From NCBI GenBank assembly GCA_030704615.1, contig CM060734.1, positions 25,482,001 to 25,546,000 on the forward strand: DNA of 64,000 nucleotides, given 5' to 3'. A program made the translations under genes and the position numbers. The notes under the pieces were generated by a model, which did not search any database, was not told the origin of the DNA, and worked only from the letters and a program-made list of their open reading frames with translations. Position 1 is the first letter of the stretch. Each line of letters opens with the position of its first letter. The stretch comes from Takakia lepidozioides (taxonomy: Eukaryota > Plantae > Bryophyta). Positions 26,061 through 37,385 of the stretch are shown here, in pieces.

Positions 26061-26719
26061 GTTCACTGCTCTAGTGCCTTTCTCTTTCTATCTCTAATTT
26101 GCAAACTTGAAAATGGGTGGCCATATGTTTTGGTCTCGTCTATCCAATTCCATGAAACAGTTGACCTGCAACTCTGTGAATATAATAAAATTTTGGCTGT
26201 TGCCAACTCGCCCATTTTGGTGGCCGAGAGTGTGTGTATTGAACATCTTTTAAAGTACTTACAAATATCTAAACGAGCATGTACAGCCAATGGTGGGTAT
26301 GGGAGAGTGTACTGTTATGGAATTCAAACCATTATGGATTTCATGACAGTTTTTTTTATGAATTTATAACGTTATTCAACTAATGCGTTGAATTCTAGGA
26401 AGCAAGGACATTGAAATCCAGCAACGTGCACAATGGAGTATGACATGGGCGCAGTGATATCCTTGTCATTGGCAGCCAAGTGGTCTTTTCTGCTCCCGAT
26501 ATGCGAGAGCTGAATTCTGCAAGCATGAGGAGGCTACCATCTTGGAGAATGCGACCAGCTCCGTTTAAGAAACCAGTGGCTGCGATCATCAGATTTGGAA
26601 GAGCAGTATCCCTGGAGCCCAGTATGCAGTTTTGAAACAAGTGGTACAGTATCCACATGTATCCACCTGTACCCGAGTATCTAGTATGCAGTTTTGAAAC
26701 AACTGGTACAGTATCCACC

Positions 26720-26822
26720 TATAACTACTTAGTCCTCCGAGGACCGCCACTTGTAACTACTTAGTCCTTGGAGGACTGCCACTTGTAACTACATAGTCCT
26801 TGGAGGACTGCCACCTGTGACT
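26720..26822. repeat. 31-bp tandem repeats TAGTCCTTGGAGGACTGCCACTTGTAACTAC (x3)
   Basis: Directly visible. The same family occurs at 44130-44265. Confidence 0.85.
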
Positions 26823-27359
26823 ATGACTAATCGACAGTAATCTATTTCAACATCTCAGACTTTTAAGATATTTTTGGACATGCATCCATGCTTATGGGTT
26901 TCTCAGTGTAACTAGCTTGTTCTTGAAAGGTAGCTAAGTACATCAACCAGCCCCACCCGTTGTGTTTATGTTTGTCTAATTGCTGACCCTGCATCTCGAC
27001 AGGTTGTAGTCGAGGAAGAGAAGAAGTAATGTATAGATCCCGGCGGGGAACAACCAATCGAAATCAAAGAACAAGAAAACCTACCAATCCACAAACACCC
27101 GAATCGGAATAGAGAGGAAAATGAACAAACTTAACAATGTAAACTCAAAGCAGAAGAGCTTAGGGGAGAACCTGTGTACCTAACAAACAAACCTCGAGGA
27201 ACAAAAAACCAAAGAGTCATTGCCAAAGCTGCGGAAAACTTGCGAAGGCCTCACACAATGAGGGAGGGAAGGAGAGCACGTAAAGCAACACATGTATTCA
27301 GGCACTTGGATACACATGTTGGTTGACAGCATTTGAACGAGCATTGGCGCTTTGCCCTT

Positions 27360-27571
27360 AGGAGTAGCCATTTCCTAAGGGAATAGCCATTTCTCCTTGG
27401 GGAATAGCCTATTCCCCCTCCATTTCCCTTCTAGAGTTAGGCCATTTCCCCCTGGGAATAGCCATTTCTCCTTGGGGAATAGCCTATTCCCCCTCCATTT
27501 CCCTTTTAGAATTAGGCCATTTCCCCCTGGGAATAGCCATTCCCCCCATAGGAATAGCCACTTTTCAGCTG
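27360..27571 (-). repeat. GGCTATTCCC-motif array (copy 3, inverted), putative right TIR/subterminal region
   Basis: GGGAATAGCCATTT repeats with an internal duplication, ending GGAATAGCCACTTTTCAGCTG. Confidence 0.6.
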
Positions 27572-27889
27572 ATATTGCTACTCAGCTTCGACGATGCTTT
27601 GACATTTCTTCGCATTTTTGCTCGATTTCTCTTCTTTGTTCACTCTCAGACAATCACGTCACATTTGTGTGCATTTGCAATGCACGTGCATGCATGGCAA
27701 CCCTACAACTAAAGCTTCCGCTACACAACTACATCGCTGTCCAAAACCACACAACACATGTGCACACCACACACTAGTATACCACTAGTCCACCACTAGT
27801 CTAGCCACTAGTCCAACCACTAGGCTACAACTAGTCAGTCACTAGGCTGCCACTATGCTGCCCACTATGGCAATCACTAGTCCACACAA

Positions 27890-28216
27890 TGATAAAGAAG
27901 AAGAATACAAGCACAAGCTCATGCGAGCTCACAAAGCTGAAGCATAAACTCATGCATATATAACCTCATCACTCAAATACAAGTCAAGCCAAGTGCACCC
28001 CACGCCATGGGGAATCCACACTATGGCGCCATAGCTAGGCGCGGTGAGGCTCAACTCGAGAAAGATGAGCCTCCCGTGCTTGCCGTGAAGATAACCACTC
28101 CAAGGCCTAAATCTACCTTGACCCCTGGTTTGACACTTGGGCCAATCCCAAATGTCAATATGTAAAAGCTAGCTATTTCCTAGCTAGTTTCACACTAGTG
28201 GTAAATTAACTTGACA
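27890..28216 (-). repeat. Terminal repeat A (3' copy), TG..CA
   Basis: Near-identical to 38757-39080 (plus strand TGATAAAGAAG...AACTTGACA). Confidence 0.95.
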
Positions 28217-28218
28217 GT

Positions 28219-28394
28219 TGTCGTGTGCATACATATTGCTACACAACTACATCGCTGTCCAAAACCACACAACACATGTGCACACCACACACTAGTATAC
28301 CACTAGTCAACCACTAGTCCAACCACTAGGCTACAACTAGTCAGTCACTAGGCTGCCACTATGCTGCCCACTATGGCAGTCACTAGTCCACACA
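28219..28394 (-). repeat. Terminal repeat B (176 bp, TG..CA, rich in CACTAG), directly after the polypurine tract
   Basis: Repeated at 27720-27888 (lacking ~20 bp) and full length at 55530-55705. Confidence 0.92.
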
Positions 28395-28655
28395 ATCGCC
28401 CCCTAGCTGGTGCTTAGGTCCCTCTAAGTCCAGGTAGCCACAAGATGTGATAGTGACCATAGCCTCACTAAGTCCTCCACCACTATCCATACGACACTCA
28501 AACTCGATAGATCAAGAGGCCGGGTACAAGAGTTGCCCCATCGTTAGTCGCCGTCTTGCAACCTGTGAAGTTGAGCTTGGGATCTCATGTATTGACTCCT
28601 ATGAGCTTGGCCTCTCATGTCTTGTTAGTTGCCTCCAGTCATGTCCACTGCCACT

Positions 28656-31500
28656 ATCCCAAGCAGTGTGGACACAACCAATCTCCGTCAGGAACCTTCT
28701 CAAGAGGTGGTGTCAAGCATCCCATATGCCAACCCCTTGAGCATCAATCACACACTAGCATGGTGGCTGCCCCTTTGGCAGACCCACAGAGCATGCACCT
28801 CAAACCTGCAGGTACCACTGCTAAGTTTCGGTCAACTCTGCCATTGACATTGGGAAGGTGACATGGCGCACAATTACGCACATGATCCTTCCAAGTCATG
28901 CCATCCCGACCCTCCAAGATCAGGACCCCTGAGGGCAACACCTCTCAAACCCTCAGAATAACACGCCCTGCAGTAACATCCAGAGTCGTAGGAGCAGTCT
29001 GCTGCAAATAAACATAGTCACCAGGGACGATATCCTCCAAACCCCAGGACGATATCCTCCACCACGTATAGTGGCATACCTCAACGTATCACGGTGCTGT
29101 GCAATGACAAGGTTCTCAAAAGCCATGGGCATGACTTTCTTGAACAACTCTGCACGCTGATCATATGCACGTACCCACACGTCCGGATCATTAAGGTTAA
29201 GGACTTGAGCAGTGTCCCTACAAATGGCTGCAGGCAAATCCGGCTCTCGGCCAAAGAGAAGGAAATATGGTGAGAAGGAGGCAAGTGATGCTTGTTTGCT
29301 GAACCTGTAGCCCATGGCTAACCAAGGAACCTGAAGATCCCAATCTCCTAGGTGTCCCTTCTGCAAGCCATACTTGTGCAAACCCCTCTTCACCGTCTGA
29401 ACAACTCTCTTTGCTAAGCCATCAGCCTCATGATAATCCCGAGAAGTGGTGCGGTGGTCTATCAAGGCTTTATCACACAAAGCCTGAAACTCCCCCAAGA
29501 ACTCTCTCCCTTGGTCCGTGAGTACCTCAGCTGGAGCACCAAATCGGCTAAGCACACAATCCAAGAATGCATACGCAGCCCCCTCACTAGCTTTGTTAGG
29601 CAATGGAACCAACTCAATCCACTTGGAGAAGTGCTCCACCATCACCAACACATATCTGTGGTGGCGCATAGTCAGTGGCAACACATACCTGTGCACGCTG
29701 TGTGGGGTGAGGCACAATCCTCACCCGACCATCCTCCCACACTCGAAGTAGGTGTATCCCCTCCCACTTGAACCTCTTGGCTCGTTGCAGGATCCGATCC
29801 CTCTCCTTGGCAGTCACAGTGTCTCCCGTGTCTCCCGTGTCTCATGTGCGGAGGTAGTCCAACACAGCCGAATCCTCATGTATATCTCTGGCACCACCTG
29901 ACTCATCACTAGCCTCAGGGTCCTCAGACACTCCGTCTACAGTCATCCCTGTTGTAGGTCCAACCTGACCTCCCGATGCCAAGATACACAAAAATGCAGA
30001 TGCGTGCCATCCCGACACCATCTCCTCGTCCGTCTCACCATGCCACCGAGCTCCAATGTCATCCTGCTGGCTCATGCATGGATTGCGACTCAATCCATCC
30101 GCATCCCGATTGACCAAACCCGGTCGATGCACAACCTGAAAGTCATACTCCTGGAGTATGAGTTGAGTGGCTGGTGATCCGTGACAAGGGTGAAAAGATT
30201 GCCGTATAGATAGCACCTGAAGTGTGCCACGGCCCACATTGCAGCTAAGCACTCTCCCTTATATGAGCTGTACTTAGCCTCTGCAGCGTTGTTTGAGCGG
30301 CTAGCATAAGCCACTACGAACTCTCTTCCCTCATCATCCACCTGTGTGAGCACCGCTCCAAGCCCCACATGCTCCAATCCGTATGCAGCTGAAAGGGACG
30401 CCCCCTGATAGGTCGTCTCAGGATAGGCGCCGAGGTCAACCTCGCCTTGAGCTCTTGAAAAGCTCGTTCCTGCTCATCTTCCCACTGCCACTCCTGGTCC
30501 ACCTTGGTCAGCTTGGTTAGAGCCTTTGCAATGGTACTAAATCCCTTGACAAACCGTCTATAATAGTTTGCCAACCCCATGAAAGCTCGAACTCGGCTCA
30601 CATCCGTGGGGCGTGGAATTTGTGCAATGGCCTCTACCTTAGTCTGCTGTACCCCCAATCCTCCAGGATATATCATGTGACCCAGATACTCAATCTGGTT
30701 GTGGAAAAACTTGCATTTCCCCGGACAACTTCAATCCGTGCGCTCTCAAGCGCTCCAATACCACCTGAAGGTGTTTCTCTGCTCCTCCATCGTAACACTA
30801 AAGATGATGATGTCATCTATGTAGCACCGAGCAAAGTCCACCCCTGCTAGAATCCTATCCATGACTCTCTGAAACTCTGCAGGAGCATTCTTAAGCCCAA
30901 ATGGTAAGAACCGCCACTGATATAGGCAATCCTTGCCGTGCTCATTGATCCCCCAGAATGTCGTCTTCTGCTTGTCCGCCTCCTTGATGGCAACTGGTGA
31001 TATCCGGATCGTAAATCCAAAGTGCTAAAGACCTTAGCATGCCCGATGGCATCAAAGATCTCATCTGGTGTTGGCATGGCATACTTATCGGACTTGGTCT
31101 GACGATTTACAGGCCGGTAATCACCGCACATACGTCTCTCCCGTCCAATTGCCATAGACATTCTTCTTGGCTGGCATCACTGTGGCTGAAGCATACTCTC
31201 CACTAGAGAGCTCCAACAAACCAGCCTCCCAGAGATCTTGAGTCCTTATCTGAATCAAAAGACCTCTCCATGTCACTGTATCTATAGGGTCTCCGAAAGA
31301 TTGGCGTGTCAGTGGCCAACTCAATACGGATCTCTTGACCCTTCAGTGCTCCCAAGTCCTTCAAACTGAAGGCAAAGCAATTCCTGTAAGCCCTCAGGAA
31401 CCGCCGTATACGTCGTCTCTCTCCTCCGGTGACAATGGGTCCAATGTCAGGCTCCCAATTGTCCTCCGTAACTGCAACCTTAAGTCCAGTGGGCTTAGAG
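28656..31500 (-). pseudogene. pol 3' part: RT, RNase H, DDE integrase, C-terminal PHD finger (frameshifted, internal deletions)
   Basis: CGDYRPVN..FSTLDLRSGYHQ, YIDD, FMGLANYYRRF, LHTDWS, VEHFSKW..FGAPAEVLTDQGREF, and PHD [38 protein letters not shown]. Confidence 0.9.
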
Positions 31501-31523
31501 ATAGAGGACGCGTCCTGTGGTTG

Positions 31524-33041
31524 CTATGTTGCAACCTCTTGAGCAGTACTCCCTACTTGCTCAGTCAATGACAAGGCCTCATCCTGCCCCATCATCTCAT
31601 CCTCAAGGACTTCCTCCACTCGAGAAAAATCCCCAACCTCATCTTTCATCGCCACCTTGGCTGCCAACTCCCTCTGAACCTCGAGCACCTCCCACGTGTG
31701 CCATGGATGCCTGCACCCCGTGGTCCTCACATGCTCGCCCCCACTCACTGCCTGTACCGTCTCGGTAGGCAGAGAGACCATTGAGGGAAGTGTACTCCGC
31801 ACTTTGCGTTGCTCAGCCATAGCCAAGCTGATAATCCAGGTCAAGCAATTGAGATCCATTGCTTGCCCCAACACTTGACGACGTGATGCCTCAGAAAGAG
31901 ACGACACCGCCGTGGTACCAGTGGTAAAACCCATTGCCCGCTCACGCTCGTCAGCATTAGGCTCCACTAACTGCTGCAACTGAGCATCCCACAGGAGGCC
32001 AGGTCCACTATCCCGGAAAGCATGCGATCCTGGGAAGCTGAGCAGTGTAGGTAATGCTGCTCGTGGTTGACCCACCTTGTTGACCACTGCCAAAGGCGAA
32101 CGGTCATCATGTCTCACACGCTGAGACTGCCTCCCTGTGTCCAGAATGCTATCCACTGTGAGATGTGCTGGCCGCTGCACCCCATCAAATGCACGCTTGA
32201 GCAGTGCGGGTGGCATCAAGTTAGTCCACCATAGCCGTGGACGATGAGCCCGTGACCCCACTGTAGCTGTATCTAGCAACACTGCTGACCCAAGCCACGA
32301 CCGGACTTGATGCACACTGGCCATCACCCTGGCCCGAGAATCGCCCATCAGTGGCACATTCTCCAAGATGTATGCTGGAGATACAGCTTGATGAAGCTGC
32401 AAGTGGCGCAAAACCCGCACCATCTCCCAAAACAGACCCGACCTCGAGTCTCGCAATCCATTGCCATGCCCGGCTGATGAATGCCCTTGGCAGGGCCAAC
32501 CTGCCACTACCAGATCAATGGAGCCAACCCGCTCCAAATCCTGCGCCCCCAGCAACGAAATGTCTGCTGGCAAGGCCTGCTGATATCCACGAATTGCAAA
32601 CACTGACAACAACTCAGGGTACCGCTGCACCAACTGAGCAACATGGCGAAGTGAAACGTGTCGTGCAGTCTCATCCCTCTCCACATACAGGTAACGCCGA
32701 ACTCGTACACCTGCCTGTAACACAGCAGCCAATCCGGTGCTGATCCCGCCAAACAAGTCCAGAAGACAAATGTCTTCATCCGGATACTGCCACACAATAG
32801 GTGTGGTGTCCAATGGAGACAACTGAGGTGGTCCTGGTGCAATCCCCCACTCTCCTCCTCTCTGACGGTACAAAAGCCTCCACCCAGGCTTGTTGCACCC
32901 GTCGATCAGCATCCCGCTGCAAATCCTTGCTCGTGCCCCACAATGGAGTCTGAGCAACCATGGTAGGCAACTCCGCCATACCATACATGTCATCCTGCTC
33001 TCCCGGAGGTGGTACATCCTCTGAATGAGCGTTGCCCTCAA
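31524..33041 (-). CDS. C5 cytosine DNA methyltransferase domain (DNMT3-like) embedded in retrotransposon pol
   Basis: Uninterrupted 505-aa frame with motif I LLDLFGGISTG, II YVERD, IV AGWPCQ (catalytic PC), VI YILENV, VIII AHRPRLWWTN, IX ERERAMGF and X RRQVLGQAM. Confidence 0.93.
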   Translation of the reverse strand: MRATLIQRMYHLRESRMTCMVWRSCLPWLLRLHCGARARICSGMLIDGCNKPGWRLLYRQRGGEWGIAPGPPQLSPLDTTPIVWQYPDEDICLLDLFGGISTGLAAVLQAGVRVRRYLYVERDETARHVSLRHVAQLVQRYPELLSVFAIRGYQQALPADISLLGAQDLERVGSIDLVVAGWPCQGHSSAGHGNGLRDSRSGLFWEMVRVLRHLQLHQAVSPAYILENVPLMGDSRARVMASVHQVRSWLGSAVLLDTATVGSRAHRPRLWWTNLMPPALLKRAFDGVQRPAHLTVDSILDTGRQSQRVRHDDRSPLAVVNKVGQPRAALPTLLSFPGSHAFRDSGPGLLWDAQLQQLVEPNADERERAMGFTTGTTAVSSLSEASRRQVLGQAMDLNCLTWIISLAMAEQRKVRSTLPSMVSLPTETVQAVSGGEHVRTTGCRHPWHTWEVLEVQRELAAKVAMKDEVGDFSRVEEVLEDEMMGQDEALSLTEQVGSTAQEVAT

Positions 33042-33054
33042 GCAACTCTCTAGG

Positions 33055-33672
33055 TCAACTCACTGCCGCTGTGAATGCTGCTAGTGTCGGCATCTTGCCT
33101 CGCTGGGCAACCGCAACTCCTCCTATGAACGTCACAGGGAGCTGCACACGCCGGCCCTCCCCTGACTGCCATGCAGGCCTATAGGAAGCTGACTCCTCCC
33201 AAAAATCCAGGGTGAAGCCCATGGGGTACAACACTGCCCCACCAACCAGGACATCGTATGAGACCGCGTCTGTCACAATGGCCTTGGCTCGCATCACTGA
33301 GCCATCTGTAGGGTGATCCGGCCGTAGTCTGATAGCCAACTCACGCCGTGTCATGCCCCGAGCCTGCTCCAATCCTCCCAGAGACGTCTGTATCTGGAAA
33401 GGACAAGGCTCCATATCCGCCTCCGTGAGGCCCAAGCCTGCAATAGCAGCTCTGCCCAGCATCAATGGCTGAGCTCCCGAGTCCAACAAGACCCGCAGTG
33501 GCCGGTACCTCTTGCCTGCCGGTCCACTCAAACAGAAAATGTCATCCTGGTTGTCTAACATGACAACTCCAGGTGTCACCATGGCGCGCTCAATGGCTGG
33601 CCTAGCTGGCAGTTCCATCAACCTGGCAGCTGCAGCTTGCCATGGCGCCGCCGTGGCAGTCTTGACCCTCAA
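33055..33672 (-). CDS. Retropepsin aspartic protease
   Basis: VLLDSGAQ active-site motif and YDVLVG flap-distal motif. Confidence 0.85.
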   Translation of the reverse strand: MRVKTATAAPWQAAAARLMELPARPAIERAMVTPGVVMLDNQDDIFCLSGPAGKRYRPLRVLLDSGAQPLMLGRAAIAGLGLTEADMEPCPFQIQTSLGGLEQARGMTRRELAIRLRPDHPTDGSVMRAKAIVTDAVSYDVLVGGAVLYPMGFTLDFWEESASYRPAWQSGEGRRVQLPVTFIGGVAVAQRGKMPTLAAFTAAVS

Positions 33673-35670
33673 ATCGAGGATCCCTCCGGCACTACACCTC
33701 CCACTATCTCCGCAGAAGATGAAGTAACCTCCCCACTCTCACAGAGTGTAGCTGCCAGCCTGAACACCTCAGCTGTCTCCCCCGGCGTCGCAATCATGGT
33801 AGCCGAGAACAATGGAGCCTGGCACACAGATGTGGCCGCTCCTAGCAGCACACTAGCTGTCGTAGCCTTGGCAACACTAGGTAGTGGTGCTACCCGTGTA
33901 GCTCTCCCCAATGGCATAGTAACCTCCGCCTCGGTAACAGTCGGGCGAGAACTAGGTGCCATGGATGGCGTCGACACTGTCTCCGCCAATGTGAATGACT
34001 GAGGAAGCCTAGCCTGACGGCTTGCCTCCTCACGCTGTGGATCCAACTCCACCTCTGCACCTCGTGGCTCAGGAACTTGTGCTGCTCCTCGAGTCACGGC
34101 TGCAGCAGACTCCACCTGCACTAGTGGTAGTGCTGCTCCACACATGAATCCCATGCCTCCCATATCTCCTCCCTCAGGAGCAGGAGGTGGACCATCCGGC
34201 CTTAGAGCCGGTACCACCTGAGCTGTAGCCATGGCAGCGAGCCTCTGCTCTAGCTGCTGAAGCCGGTTGGCCATGCCTTGGTCAACACCCTGACCTCCGC
34301 GTCCTTGGCCATGTTGAGCTTGCCCTTGGCCTACACCTCGTGGCTGGCCACCTCGTCCTCTTTGGGCTGCTCCACCTCGCCCCCGGCCACCATTGTTCCC
34401 TTGGAACTGGCCTGGGCGCAACTCAGGATGCAAACCATAACACTGGGCCTCTCCATGCCCGTGCTTGCCACAATGCCCACACTGCAACTGTGCAGGCTGT
34501 GCATGTGCCGGCCCTTTGCCTCCCTCTGGGCAATCCTTCTTGACATGGGGTCCTCCACATGTCCAGCACACCACTCCGCCCATGTTGGCCAGCAAATGAA
34601 GGGAGAGACCCCTGCATCTGAGGTCCTCTCTGCCCTTCCCTGAGCTTCACCTGAGCCCCCTTGTTGCCTTGAGCACGTTGAGGTAGTGGTTGGCTAGGAG
34701 CACCACTACCCCGTGGTGTCTCCTTAGCAAATCCCACCATGACCACTCGTTCCTCCACCATGTTGAGCTCTATCCGCTCTGCCAGCAAAAACACATTTGC
34801 TAAGGTGGGTTGGGCCGCTTGTAGGAGAGTTGCATCCCGCACCCTTCTCCTCAGCTCCTTGTCCAATATCCCATACCAGAATTGGACTGCCTGAGCTTCC
34901 GTAACCCCTTGGGTTACATTTATCAAGCGCCTCATGCGAGTGAAAGCCTCCCTCAAGCTCTCAGTCGGCTTCCGTTGGAACTCTTGCAAGCTCCGCAACT
35001 TCTCTGTCCTCACCCCTTGGTAGTTCCCTCTCAACTCTTCGAAGAACTCCACAACAGGGTTGAAGGCAGGCACGGGTACTAGTGTTGGTGCGGTAGTGGC
35101 TTGGGTGGACGTCGTAGCTACTGTACCACCAGTCCCACTAGTCCCACTGCTACTTGCTGAAGCTGCCGGTGCAGCGGCAGGTGTAGCCACTGCCCTCGTG
35201 GCTCTAGTGCCCCTAGTGATGGAGACATAGTCGGGTGACCAGTACATCCTCCACTCCTCGATCTCAACCTCATGCCCCCGCCTGAACTCATGGTAATCAT
35301 CCATAAGCGGCCCCTCAAGGTGCTGAAACAGCCCCTTCCATGCCATGAAAGGCGTAAATAGTTGTGGATTGCGCATTTGCTGCAAATCACACCAACTATC
35401 AAACTCTTGGATAAAATCATCCAACTCGATGGTGCCCACCGCCCCAGAGTACCTTCGTGGCCCCTTGGTAGCTCCATACATCTCCTCCATTGTGTCCCAC
35501 AACAATGGCAAAGAAACAACTTGCACCGCCGGTATGAGTCCTCCTGATTCACAATCCGAATCAGAACCTTCCGTAGAAGACACAGGAGGTGAAGGTGGCC
35601 TAAACCGCACACCTCGTCTCGTGTACCCACTAGTATCGCTAGTGCTCGAACCGGCACTGTCCCCTAGCAA
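33669..35670 (-). CDS. gag with two CCHC zinc knuckles (frameshift near 34590)
   Basis: Capsid-like FQRKPTESLREAFTRM, then CWTCGGPHVKKDC and CGHCGKHGHGEAQC. Confidence 0.85.
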
Positions 35671-36359
35671 CTAGTGGCACCTCCGTGTTGACACTCAACC
35701 GGTCATGAACATGTCCCTAACCCCCTCTCCACAAGGTAACGGGTAGAGAACCTGTTGCGGCTTAGGTTTGGAATACTAAGTTCCTAACATAGCCTACACC
35801 TGTACCTGCATCCACCGCAAGCACTCCTATGGTTGGCTGGTCATCACCTCCAACCTCACCACAGGAGAAACAATGATGGTCTGGCTGGTCATCACACCCC
35901 CAGCCTCACACCATCGACAGCATGCTCTAGGACTGGCCGGTGATCAAATCCGGACCAATCACCTATAAAAACAAGCGCCCACACAAAACTAGCATGGCGC
36001 ACAGTCAAGCATGCAGGTATGGAGGGGATCCAAACACAAGAAATCAGAACGACAACTCCCCCACACCCAAAACAACTCCACGGTGTTGCTCCTGCAAGAA
36101 CACCCCAGCCCAAACCCGGACTGACTCTTGCCTCCACCTACTGAAAGGTCTTGGCCTAATGAGAGGGTGGAAACTACGAGGAAGAAGCTAAAGCAATGCC
36201 TACCCCAGCATGCCCTCATCCCAACACTCTTTCTCTCCTCTCTCTCTTCCCTCACTTGCATGACCATGGGAATATCATGAAGATACTCCTCAAACCGCCC
36301 TCCACGAGCTTCAAAATTCGGCTTCAAGACCACATGCCAGTCCTTAGGTAGTCCACCAG

Positions 36360-37385
36360 TGCCTCACGAGTCAGCACAGGCCGTCCACAGGTCAACACGG
36401 GCCACCACAGACCAGCACACACCCACACAGCTCACTGGTCACAGCCGTCACAGCACCCATCACAACCCCAAAGACCACAGGCACAGCCTGTCACAGCCCT
36501 ACAAAGGTCACAGGTCACAGCCCCAAAGGCCACAGCTGTCACAACCCCTCACCCACAAAGTCACAGCCACAGCCTGTCACACACCCACAGCCCTCCCACA
36601 CAGGGTCACAGCCCTCACAACGTCACACAACACCGTCAACAGCCTGTCACAGCCCTCACAGCCCTATCACAACCCACAGGCCACATGGCCAACCTGTCAT
36701 AGCCCCTCATAGCCCTACAAAGGTCCACAGGGGTCACACAGCCTCACAGCCCCTCACAGCCCCACAGGCCACATGGCATAGCCTGTCACAGCCCTTCACA
36801 GCCCGCCACTCACACACAGCCCGTCACACACAGCCCCACAGCCATGGGCACAACCTGTCACAGCCCTCACAAACATCCCCACAACCACAGGGCACAGCCT
36901 ATCACAGCCCGTCACAAGCCCCACAGTCCACAGGGCCAGCCTATCACAGCCCCTCCAGCCCGTCACAGCCCCACAGGCCATAGGGCACAGCCTGTCAGCC
37001 CCCACAGGCCACAGGCCACCAGCCTGTCACAGCCCCCACAGCCCATCATAGCCTTCACACAGCCCATCACGCCTGTCCACAGCTCGCCCACACAGCCTGT
37101 CACAAGCCCCTCACAGCCCATCACACCCCACGGGCCATAGGGAACAGCCTGTCACAACCCCTCACAACCCCACAAGCCACATGGCACAGCCCGTCACAGC
37201 CCCATAGGCCACAGGCACAGCCTACCACAGCCTGTCACAGCCCATCATAGCCTGTCACAGCTCGCCTCAGCCTGTCAGAGCGTCACAGCCCCACAGGCCA
37301 CAGGGCACAGCCCGTCATAGCCCCACAGGCCACTGGGCACAGCCTGTCACAGCCCCTCACAGCCCCACAGGCCACTCATGACAGT
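36360..37385. repeat. Low-complexity (CACAGCC/GTCACAGCCC)n tandem array in the retrotransposon 5' leader
   Basis: About 1 kb of degenerate CACAGCCTGTCACAGCCC repeats. Confidence 0.9.

Noticed and set aside
28410-28650. Chromodomain after integrase
   Set aside because: The frame stops right after the PHD (CPHCLG*) and no chromodomain motif was seen.
31524-33041. Bacterial restriction-modification methylase or contamination
   Set aside because: The domain is collinear within a gypsy pol, has DNMT3-like motifs, and is surrounded by intron-containing plant genes.
36359-37140. His/Pro/Gln/Thr-rich ORFs
   Set aside because: Translations of the low-complexity CACAGCC array.
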